Shown here: in pieces, positions 53,529 through 64,000 of the stretch | Numbering within the stretch: the stretch's first letter is position 1 | Layout: every line of letters starts with the position of its first letter | NCBI GenBank assembly: GCA_000004695.1 | Contig: CM000151.3 | Location: 2,560,001-2,624,000, forward strand | From: Dictyostelium discoideum | Taxonomy: Eukaryota | DNA length: 64,000 nucleotides | Direction of reading: 5' to 3' | Program-made: the position numbers and the translations under genes | Notes under the pieces: model-generated | What the model was told of the DNA's origin: nothing | Databases searched by the model: none | Seen by the model: the letters and a program-made list of their open reading frames with translations, nothing else

Positions 53529-56500
53529 TTATTTTGTTAAATCTTGTAATTTTTTCAATAATAAATCAATGAGAGTTGATTTTTTATCGATTTGGTTTAA
53601 AATGACGTCAGATAATTTACCACCTAATTGATTAACTTCACGTTCAAAAATGGATTGTTTTAAACGTTTAAGGAATACTTCAATCTCTTGTGGAGATAAT
53701 TCATTTGATGGTGTTTGATTAATTTGTTGTTGAATTTGTTGTTGTCTTTGTTGTTGTTGTTGTAAAAGTTGTTGATGTTGATGTGGAGTTGCATAATTTG
53801 TTGAATAAGGTGTTGAATTTATTGGAATTTGTGATACCTGAGCTGATGGTGTATTATTTTGTTGACCTTTAAAGTAAGAGAAAACTGATGATAACATACC
53901 ACCACTATTTTGATTTGTTTTTGAAGATAAAAATGCTGATTCATTATTCTTTTTAATGTTTGAGGTAGTTGTTGAAGCATTTAAATCTGTAATCTTTAAA
54001 TTTGAACCACCTTGTTGTTGTTGTTGTTGTTGTTGTTGTGTTGTTGGATAATAAGCACTACTAGCTAAAGTTGGACTTATGGTGCCTCCAATTGCACTAC
54101 TATAGAAATTATTATTTGAATTTTGGAATAACAAATATAAAGAATTACAAAAGTAGAAAGAATGAGAAACAATCAATAACAATAGGATTTCAATATTTTC
54201 ATGGATGATAGAGATTTGAGTTTCAATATCAATGATTTTCTCTTTCAAAATATTTTCAACCATATGATTTCTTTGAGTTGGGCCAAATGCAGGATAATCT
54301 TCACCAGTTTGTAAGATCTCTTGATATTGATAGTTGGTTAATTGATCATAGGATTGTAATAATTTGAAACATTGACTTAAATCCACCTTATAGAATGAAT
54401 ATTGAAGAATATTATCAACCAATATATTAATAGCTAAATCAATTGATGGTAAAATATTAACTCCATTATTTCCATTATTATTATTATTATTACCATTATT
54501 ATTATTATTATTTCCATTGATAATACTATTATTCACTCCAAAGCCACCAAATATACTATTCTTATTTTGATTATTATTATCATTATTATTATTATTATTT
54601 TTATTATTAAATTTATAACTATTATTATTAATTATATTATCATCATCATTATCCATATCACTATTCATACTATTATTATTATAATTATTGTTGCTATTAT
54701 TATTATTGTTATTATTAATATTATTATTATTACTATTATTACGATTAGTTGATCTTAAACTTGAAAATGATTGGAATTGTTGATAAATATTTAAATTTGA
54801 ATTAAAACAAACGAAACCAAAATTTGAATCTTGAACAATTGAAACTTTTCTGCAATATAATAATAAATCATGAATGATTGAAGTGATAGTTTCTTTAATT
54901 AAAATTTGGAATTGATTCTTTCTCTTTGATTTCTTACCATTGATGCTACCATTATTATTATTATTATTATTGTTATTATTATTTGAGTTTTTACTTGTTA
55001 AACCAATATTAACACCACCAATATTAATATCATCAGGAATATTCTTAAATTGATTTTCAATTGAACTCTTTGGTAAATAACTAAAATCAATTTTCTCGGT
55101 TAATAATTCTTCATCAATATTTTCAGGTTTAACCAATTCAATGATTTGTTTTGAATTTACTGAATATTTAACTAATAAATTAATTAAACAATAATGGAAT
55201 CTATTAAATTGTGTTCTATTATGGCTACTTGTAGTTGAAGTTGAAGAAGAGGTGGTAGTTGATTTTTTAAAGAATAAACTTGAAACTTTTGAAAATAAGA
55301 AACAAGTTAATTTTAAAACTTTTAAGCTTGATAAAGTTGGATGACTAAAACTACTTTGATCTGATAAAATAATGATGAATAAATCTGAATGATTTGAAAG
55401 GAAATCAAATAATTCTTGATAAATTTCATTTCTATCACTACCAATTAAAACTGTACCACCAACATTGTTATTATTATTAATATTACCATTATTCTTTGAA
55501 GTATTATTACAATAACAACATAATGAAGCGAATAATTGTAAAATTGGTAAAAGTATCTCTATAAATTTACCAAAGATTTTATCGGTTGGAATATAATTTA
55601 AAAATGGTGATTTAACAAAACTACCAATTACATTATTATTCATTAAGAGGTGAACACCATCCATTTGTTGAGAAATCTTTAAGAGTAAGGACATTTGTGA
55701 TTTATAGACATGTAAATCCTTTGGATCAATGTTTTCCCAATTATCTGATAAATATTTTGAACAAGTATCATTGATCATATTGATGATGAATCCTTTGTTT
55801 TGTAAAAACATTAATGATCTATGTCCACAAAGATTGTCAATTGATAAAATACTTTGCATACAACTTATAGCGGTAATTCTCCAACCTCTACTAAATGAAT
55901 TACAATCACTCGATAAGATTCTAATAAATTTATCTTCAATTTTACTAATGATTAAACCAATATTTAAATTACCATATCCTTGTTCTTTATCTTGATTATT
56001 TTTATTTTTACTTTTATTATTCATTTCAACGACATTATTAATTGAGGTTGATAAAGGTGATAATGATGGAGTTGTTGGAGTTGTAGCTGATAAATCCAAA
56101 TATTGAATTAAACAAGTATAACTAATACCTCTTATTGCTTGATGTGGTGATTTTAAAACAGTTTGTAATAATCCTTCAAAGATTGATTTCATCTTTTGTT
56201 CAATTACATTTGAATCTGTGCTATTGGTAGTGAGTGAAGAATTGATAAATAATTGATAACTATCTTTTTTCAATTTCAATGTGAATAAAATGGTTAAAAT
56301 TGTATAACCAATTGATAATGTTGATTCAATTGGATTACGTTCATTTGAGAAATCAATAACTATTCTTTGTAATAATGATAATAATAATGATTCATCCAAT
56401 GTATCAATTTCAATTGTATTTTGAGCTAAAGAAATATTAATAAATGATTTCCAACCATCTAATGCTTTTAATTTACTATTATATAATTGAATACTTGAAT

Positions 56501-56626
56501 TAATTAAACAACATTCTTCTAATTCTCTTTCAATTTCAAATTCATTTGAAAATCTATTAAAATCATTCTTTAAAACCTCTCTAATTTTAATAATATCTAA
56601 TAATTGACTTGTACCACCATTAGTAA

Positions 56627-56696
<70 letters not shown>

Positions 56697-59600
56697 GTTA
56701 TTATTGTTATTATTATTATTGTTATTATTATTATTATTATTATTATTTGAATTTAAATTATTAATATTAATATTTGTTGTAAAATATTCAATTAAATTTG
56801 GATACATTGAAAATATTCTTGGTCTATTAATTTCAGGTAATTGAAATTCAATTGTATTATAGAGTGATAAGATATTAATTGGTGAAATACCCATGATTAA
56901 ACCATTATTAATTGTACCATTAAGACCACCAATACCACCATTCATTGAAGGTTGATTTAAGTTCATCAATGATGGAAAGATTAAACGAGTTAAGAATTGT
57001 TTCATTTCGATTGAATAAGAATTTTGAATTGAAATGGAACAAGTCTTGAAAACCCATGACATTGAAGAGATCAATGCTTCAGTTCTTCTCTCTGATGAAC
57101 CATTGATTGTAATTGCATTTCTTAATATTAATAAACTATCATGATAATAGTTTGGAAATTCCTCTTGAATATATTTGATCATTGGTTTCCAAGTGATTGG
57201 ATCACTTGACATTTTCCAAATGATTTCATGATAACAATCGACCAAATGTGGATATCTCTCTACGAATTGTGAATTCATAACATTCTTTATGATCAAAGTT
57301 AAACATGATTTACTATTTGGTATGAAATCCTTTGAAAGATCTAAATTTGATGAACAACCCAATAGGAAATGAGCCAATGTATATCTTCCACTACTAATAT
57401 TTGAAAGACATAACATAATCAATTGAGCTATTGTCCATTGTACGGAATTACTTGCATATCTAATGAATGAAATGGTTTGATCATAGTTTGTACCAGAGAA
57501 ATCCTCGAAATTGGATTCATTGAATTCCATCATCTTTATAAACTTGGAAAGTATTAAATTTGGATCACTATCCAAGAAAACCGTTGAAATTTGATGAGTA
57601 TAACATTCGAAACTATAGATTAATCTAATTGCACGTAATGAAATAGCTGGTAATTCATGGTCAATCAATTTGGCAATTGACACAATTGGTCTGCTATAAT
57701 CCATATTTGATAAATTAACAACTAAACTCTTTGCATTTTCAATATCGTAAACTGTATTATCAGAGATTAACAATAACAAATCTAAACATTTCAATACTAA
57801 TAAATTAAAATCATCATTATCTTGTTGTTGTAATTGTTGGAATACTAAATTTAAAATTACTCTTGATGAATCTTGATTATAACCTTGTTGTTGTTGTTGC
57901 TGTTGTTGTTGAATTTGTTGTTGAATTAATATTGATTGATCATTTGAATAATCAATTATCTTTATAATATTCTCTAATGTTGTTTTTTTACTTTGTTGTT
58001 GTTGTTGTTGTTGCTGTTGATATTTATTTTGCTGTTGTTGTTGTTGTTGATACAAATTACTAGATAAAGAAGAACGATTTAATTCAATATATAATTGATA
58101 ACATGGATGTTGTTTATCAATTTGAAAATTTTGAATTGATTGATTGAATTGAATGATTGAGAATTCAAATATTTTCATCAAAGTTAAAGCAAATTTCCAT
58201 TTTTCATCCAAAGTATTAAATGATTTTATATTTAATAAATTGAATAAATCCATACAACTATCTAAATAGGATTTGAGTTTCAAAGATTCTTGATAATGAT
58301 TACTCTTATCGAATAGGAATGATGATTGTTGAATCAATTGTAATAACAACTCTAATGATTGTTGAGTGAAAGATAATTCATTTAGCCCACCAATTGCACT
58401 AAGACCACTATTGAATAGATTGGTTTCATTTATTAATCTCCAAATATCAGCTACATAAATTGGATATTGAGAATATGATGTAATCACTGATAATGCACTA
58501 GATTTTAATTTTGAATCAACTTGTGATACTGCAAATTGAAATGCTAATGAAATCAATGGTCCAATCTTTAAAAATACATTTCCAACTGCCATTGAAGATT
58601 CAACCAATCTTGAAATCAATTGGAAAATACTTGAAAGTGCATCACTATCTTTCTCTGATAATAATAATTGTGTAATCTTTACAGGTGATGTTGTATTTGC
58701 TGTATTTGAACTTGTTGTTGAATTTGGTGTATTTGGTGTATTTTGTTGTTGAGGTTGTTGTTGAGGTTGTTGTTGTTGTCCTACACTTTGTTGCATTGAC
58801 GATTGTTGTCCTTGGTATTGCATTGTTGGTTGGAATTGTTGATATGGTGTATTTGGTATTTGTTGGTTATTATAACCTTGTTGTTGTTGTTGTTGCTGCT
58901 GATGTTGTTGGTGTTGTTGTGGAGTTGATGAAATTTGTTGAGTTGTAGTCGTTGATGAATTCATTTGATTCGATTGAATTGATTGACTAAATTCAATACT
59001 ATTTAAAGCATGAGCATAGGATGAAAAATTTTGGAATAATTTTGCCCATGTAAATTGCGCACTACCTTGAGCAAAGAAATTGAAAACTTCATTTGTATTA
59101 CATCTAGCTAATGACCCCATTAATTTAAATGATGAAATGATTAAATCATCATGAATTCTAAACCAAAGATTTTGAAAATAATTAATTTGTTCACAAATTC
59201 TCCAAAATTCAATTGAACTATTATTATGATTATCAAATATATTTGACATTACTAAATTAAATGAATTTATAAATTCCATATCTTATTTTATTTTTTTTTA
59301 AAATAAAAAATATTAATATAAAATGTCTTTTTCTTTTTAAATTTAGAAAATAAAAAAATAAAAAAATAAAAAATAAAAAAATAAAAATACATACTAGTTG
59401 GGTGACTTGATAAATTTGATAAAAATCTACAAGATAAAATATTTATAAATGAACCAAATAGGATATTTAAAGGTGACAATTGATATTCTTGTGTTTGAAC
59501 TGCTTGTAAAAGGAATTTATATGAATCATTTTCAGGGGTAATACGATTATTATTATTATTACTATTACTATTACTATTACTATTACTATTACTATTACTA

Positions 59601-60949
59601 TTACTATTATTATTTTCTTTTGCAATCTATTAAAAAAAAGAAAAAAAAAAATTGTTAATTAATAATAACTTAAAATATTTTTTTTAAAAAAAAAAAAAAA
59701 TTACATACTAAAATTATATTAAAAATTGCATATAATGAAGATTTAATTGGATGTTGGTTATCAATTTGTTTAATTTCATTTTCAATTGAATCAGTTGAAC
59801 TAATTTCATTAAAAGTATATCTTTTTTCAATTGCATTAAATACTTGACTATTTTTAACATTATCAAAAACTGCAAAAATTGTGAAATATAATGTAAACAT
59901 AATTTCAAATAATGATTTCTTTAAAATTGAATCTTCCCTCTTTTCTTTCTCAATTACTTGATTTAAAACTCTGATATATAATTTAATAATATCTTCTTTA
60001 ATTGTAAACTAATAATATTTAAATTTTAAATTTTAAAATTAATATCTTTTTTTTTTTAAAAAAAAAAAATAAATTAATACTTACTTGAATTGAAATTAAA
60101 AATAAACATTCAACAATTTGAATACATTCTTTTACTCTAAAACAACATTCTAATGGATTTACAGTACCATTCATATCTTTAACTTTCTCTTCTAATGTTT
60201 TAATTAAAATTGTTACTATATTCTTATCATTAGTTTGCTCTGAAATTAATTCACCAATAAATGATTGTAATATATCATGTTTCATCTTTGAATGATTAAT
60301 ATCATTAACAGAATCTCTACTTTGTAATGTCTACAATATATATTGATAAAATAAAAAATAAAAAAAACTAATTAGTAAAAGTAATTAATTAATTAATTAA
60401 TTTTTTTTTTTTTTTTTTTTTTTATTATAAAATTTACATGTAATATTTCTCTTAAAAATTGTAAATAGCATGATCTATTTTGGTAAATAAATTTTTCTGA
60501 TAATTCAATTAATTCTTTTTCATCTCTTGTGGTACTCTTTTTTTTTTTTTTTTTTTTTAATAATATAAAAACTAAATTAGTAAATTTATAAATATTATTT
60601 TTTTTTATTTTTTAATAATATTACATACATGATCAACTACTGAATATAAAATTCTGCAAGCTAAATATTCATCAATATTAAATCTATCAGATATTTGAAA
60701 TGCAATTGCAATGAATGGATCTGCTACAGTACCAATGAAACCATTATCTAATGGGAATGACTTTTTTTGAGTGATTTCTTTACGAATTCCAACTGAATCA
60801 TTTCCTTTTTGTTTAAATGAAATGAATTTTTTAGAATCTGTGAAATTTGATTTTTGTGATTGTAAATATTTTAATAATGAACCTGATTCTTCAGTTCTTA
60901 TATTATAATTTAATTTTTGAATTGGATTATCAAATATTTCTTCATCCAT
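53529..60949 (-). CDS. Nucleoporin Nup205/Nup192-family protein, about 2315 aa, 6 exons; join(53529..59281,59395..59626,59709..60008,60085..60330,60438..60536,60629..60949).
   Basis: N-terminus MDEEIFDNPIQKL..LLKYLQSQKSNFTDSKKFISFKQKG..AIAFQISDRFNIDEYLACRIL parallels the human Nup205 N-terminus (..DFISLFKNPP..KEAFILSDLFDIGELAAVELL). A mid-protein block YTLAHFLLGCSSNLD..CLTLIIKNV..PHLVDCYHEIIWKM..ALISSMSWVFKTCSISIQNS parallels Nup205 LALYLLGFELKKP..CLHAILNIL..PQLAELCYQVIYQL..SMLNQMSWLMKTASIELRVTS. Introns on the complement strand: GTATGT at 60628 and AAAG before 60536; GTAAAT at 60437 and TTGTAG before 60330; GTAAGT at 60084 and ATTAG before 60008; GTATGT at 59708 and AATAG before 59626; a phase-1 GTATGT at 59394 and TAAG before 59281. 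The body has large poly-N/poly-Q insertions and an (NS)8 tract from an (ACTATT)n hexamer. TAA at 53529-53531. Confidence 0.75.
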
Positions 60950-60972
60950 TTTTTTATTTTATATTTATATAT

Positions 60973-61027
60973 GATTTGATTTGATTTGATTTGATTTGAT
61001 TTGATTTGATTTGATTTGATTTGATTT
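60973..61027. repeat. (GATTT)11 pentanucleotide microsatellite about 24 nt upstream of the Nup205-like ATG at 60949 (AAATC repeat on the gene strand).
   Basis: Read directly. Confidence 0.9.
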
Positions 61028-61202
61028 TTTCGTTTAAAAATCTATATGAATATGAAATAATGAAAGAAGGGTGTTTTTTATTTGTGCTTGTTAAATTTAA
61101 AATTTATGTAAAACACCCTTTATCATACAAGTTTGATGATCATCAAAAATGAAAAATGAAAAAAAAAAAAAATAAAAAAAAAAAATGAATTTTTTCAAAA
61201 AA

Positions 61203-61233
<31 letters not shown>

Positions 61234-61918
61234 CGCTCTTTTGTCGAAAAATTAAATAAAAAAATATAAAAAAATTATAAAAAAAAAAAAATAAACAAAT
61301 AAAAAAAAAAAAAAATTACTATATTTATCTAAACACACTTTATTGAATGAATCTCAAAAAAATGCCCACCTCAAAGTACATAAATTTTAAAAATAATATC
61401 AATGATTGTGTTTCAATGAATAATCATATCTGTTTTAAAAATGATATTTTTCAAAAAAAAAAAAAAAAAACAAAAAAAAAAAAATAATAATAATAATCAT
61501 TTTTATTTTATTAATTATTGCAGTGCATTAATTTATTTATATTTTTATTATTTTTTAAACTAAAACAATAAAATAAAAAAAATAAATAAAAATAGAAAAA
61601 TAATTAAAATGAAAATAAATAAAGAATTAAAACCGACAAAAAAAAAAAAAAAAAAAACCTAAAAATATCTGAAAAATCTTTTTTATTTTCTCCTACTGGC
61701 CAATAATATTTTTTTTTTTTTTTTTTTAAATTTCATTTTTTTGTCATTTTTTTTTGATTGTTTTTGTTTGTCTTTGATTTTATTATTTTATTTTTTTTTT
61801 TTTTTTTTTGTCTTATGTGCTTTTTTTATTCATATTATATAAATTACATTTATGTATAATCACACACACACTAAAAATTAATAAATAAAAACATCAAAAA
61901 AAAAAAAAAAAAAAAAAA

Positions 61919-62635
61919 ATGAAATCAATCACTTTTATTATTGTTTTAATTTTTGTTGGTTGTGTTTTTAGTGTTTCTGTCAATAATAAAAATTTGATTT
62001 CAATTGTTGGAAAACATCATAAAGACGATAGTAGTACTGGCAGTAGTACTGAATCAACCTCAACTTTTCAATCTGGTAATATTTTATTAACAGATCCAAC
62101 TTCTTTAAATCCAAACCAATTTTATGAATTTACAACAAGTGGTGATTCAATTTATAATTATACAACATTTTTATCAACTGTAAATATATTTATAAACAAA
62201 AAAAGAAAAAAAAAAAAGAAAAAAAAAGAAAAGAAAAGTGTTTAGAAAATTAATAATTTTATTAATATATTCATCCTCTGATATAACATATAAAATCACA
62301 AAAAAAAAAAAAAAAAAATATATATACATAGAATGAATCAGAAAGATGTGTACCAGTTGATATGGGATTTTTAGGATCAACATTATTATTATTAGATGCA
62401 CATCAAGGTGTTTATCAAGCTAATGAAAATGGAGTTGTTAAAGGAGTTTGGAATAATTTAAAAACCAACACTAAAGGTAAAGTTGGTTGTGGACTTTCAA
62501 GATTAAATGTTGACCAACTAAATAATAAAGTTTACATTGCAAGTTTAAATAGTAATTGTGATTATTCTTATCAACCAGCAGTATTTGTTTATACAACCGT
62601 AAGTTTATTAAATAAAATTAAATTAGTAAAAATAA

Positions 62636-62679
<44 letters not shown>

Positions 62680-63505
62680 TTTTTTTTTTAAAAAAAAAAA
62701 GGATGGAAACTTAGATTTTATAATTTCAAATTCAGAATTTAATACAACAACTGGTATTGCAGGTGATAGTGATGGTAATATTTGGATTACAGATATAAAT
62801 GTAATTTATGTTTATGATAATTCTGGTAAATTATTAAAACAATTTAATCCAATCAATGAGAATGATAGAATAGCTTATAATGGTATAACCATTTCACAAG
62901 ATTCTCAAGATAGTATCTACGTTTCAGTACCATCCTATCAAGGTGATATGATCATTCAAATTAGTAAATCTGGTGAATTAATTAGATCAATTAAATTAAT
63001 TGGTATTTTTAATGGTCAAGTTAGTGGTTTACCTGGTTCATTAGCATTAACTAAAAATCATATTTATGTTGAAGTACCATATGCTTCTAAAAAAGAAAAT
63101 CCACCATCATCATCAGAATCATCATCATCAGAATCATCCGAGTCATCATCAGAATCATCATCAGAATCAAGTGGATTTTCAACTGGTTCAGCATCAGGCT
63201 CAGCATCAGGTTCATCAGGTACATCAGGTACATCAGGTACTGGACTTTCATCACCATTATCATTTGGTGGACATGGTAGTTTTAAAAATATTCAAAGAAA
63301 TGGAAATGATGGTGGTGATGATGATGAATTTTATTTTGGATCAGAATCAACATCTGATTCAGAATCATCCCATAAAGCTAAAACAGATATTATTCAATCT
63401 TATAATTTAGCTGATGGTTCTTTCAATAAGGCATGGGGTGGTCATAGTTGTAATCCAAAGAATATACTTTGTATTCCATTTAGTGGTTTTGTAATTGTCC
63501 CATAA
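61919..63505 (+). CDS. Secreted NHL-repeat (six-bladed beta-propeller-like) protein with an acidic Ser-rich tract, about 443 aa; join(61919..62179,62332..62598,62702..63505).
   Basis: Signal peptide MKSITFIIVLIFVGCVFSV. Phase-0 introns are GTAAAT at 62180 with ATAG before 62332, and GTAAGT at 62599 with AAAAG before 62702. NHL-like units appear: GIAGDSDGNIWITDINVIYVYDNSGKLLKQF, RIAYNGITISQDSQDSIYVSVPSY, GDMIIQISKSGELIRSI. Then a PSSSESSSSESSESSSESSSESSG..SGSASGSSGTSGTSGT tract, and a Cys-containing C-terminus ..WGGHSCNPKNILCIPFSGFVIVP*. Confidence 0.6.
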
Positions 63506-63575
63506 GAAAAAACAAAAACAAAAATAAATAAAATAAAATTTATTATTTAATTTATTTATTTATTTGTTTGTTTAT

Positions 63576-64000
63576 TTACAATTCTAATAATTCTTTTTTT
63601 GATGGTGCAAAATAAAAACTACCAGTTACTGGTGTTGTATATTTTAAGAGTAGGTCATGTTTACCATCTAATTGACCAAACATACTTTGAAGTTGTTTTT
63701 CAATATTATGTAAACTACAAGCGTATGCTATAAACATCAGACCTTTTTCACCAGTAATTTGACCATAGGGGAGAGATTGCCTAACTATTTTCAAATCTTT
63801 ACCATTTTCACTTAGATCAGTACGTGAAACATGTGAAGTAATTGGACGTTTATCTCTTGGTATTTCAATTGAATCTTTTTTAGTTCTTCCAACTGTATCT
63901 TGCTGAACTGATAATGGTTCAGGATACCATTTCTTTAAGTTGTGAACATACCGTTGAGTGAAAACGTAACTGCCAAATTCATTTGGCTGGCCGGCTGCAA
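63576..64000 (-). CDS. C-terminal ~140 codons of a DyP-type (dye-decolorising) haem peroxidase; the gene continues past the window end.
   Basis: The complement frame is open from 64000 down to TAA at 63576-63578. The translation is ..AGQPNEFGSYVFTQRYVHNLKKWYPEPLSVQQDTVGRTKKDSIEIPRDKRPITSHVSRTDLSENGKDLKIVRQSLPYGQITGEKGLMFIAYACSLHNIEKQLQSMFGQ..GSFYFAPSKKELLEL*. It contains the proximal-His region SHVSRT and the RxxLPYG...GLxFxxY DyP C-terminal signature. Confidence 0.7.
   Translation of the reverse strand, partial: AAGQPNEFGSYVFTQRYVHNLKKWYPEPLSVQQDTVGRTKKDSIEIPRDKRPITSHVSRTDLSENGKDLKIVRQSLPYGQITGEKGLMFIAYACSLHNIEKQLQSMFGQLDGKHDLLLKYTTPVTGSFYFAPSKKELLEL

Overview
This 64 kb window is A+T-rich eukaryotic nuclear DNA (roughly 75-80% A+T by eye, not computed). 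It has the signature of Dictyostelium discoideum: near-pure poly(A)/poly(T) spacers, short AT-rich GT..AG introns with GTAAGT/GTATGT/GTAAAT donors, and coding CAA/AAT microsatellites that give poly-Q/poly-N tracts. It is gene-dense.

I support about 25 protein-coding loci, most of them multi-exon. Splice junctions were placed by reading frame, donor/acceptor dinucleotides and homology, working directly from the printed sequence lines.

Coding loci:
- 3' end of an upstream gene (1-780).
- A fusion gene: a His-box-less FAD2-like domain, an OLE1-type Delta9 desaturase and a cytochrome b5 domain.
- An AA10-type LPMO / chitin-binding-3-like secreted protein.
- Two FNIP-repeat proteins.
- A BIG/Sec7-family ArfGEF of about 2050 aa.
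- A secreted CAP-like protein with a Ser/Thr-rich stalk and a GPI-like tail.
- A multi-pass membrane protein.
- A divergent Ras-family GTPase.
- A small BED-like Cys/His protein.
- A non-receptor protein tyrosine phosphatase (a 522-aa model; possibly PTP1).
- A PDAP1/HASPP28-like protein.
- An ER GRP170/HYOU1-type Hsp70 relative ending in HDEL.
- A putative mitochondrial helical-repeat protein.
- A ZIP metal transporter.
- A tiny two-exon ORF.
- Cytosolic nucleoside diphosphate kinase (ndkC; the protein matches the known 155-aa sequence from memory).
- A COQ10-like protein.
- A six-exon large surface glycoprotein (Tgr/ComC-like), with a truncated decayed duplicate of its 3' end lying just upstream.
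- A small secreted Cys-rich peptide.
- A Nup205-like nucleoporin of about 2300 aa in six exons.
- A secreted NHL-repeat protein.
- The 3' part of a DyP-type peroxidase that runs off the window end.

No rRNA, tRNA, CRISPR, operon-like organisation or recognisable transposon was found. All family assignments are from by-eye motif comparison only; no database search was run.
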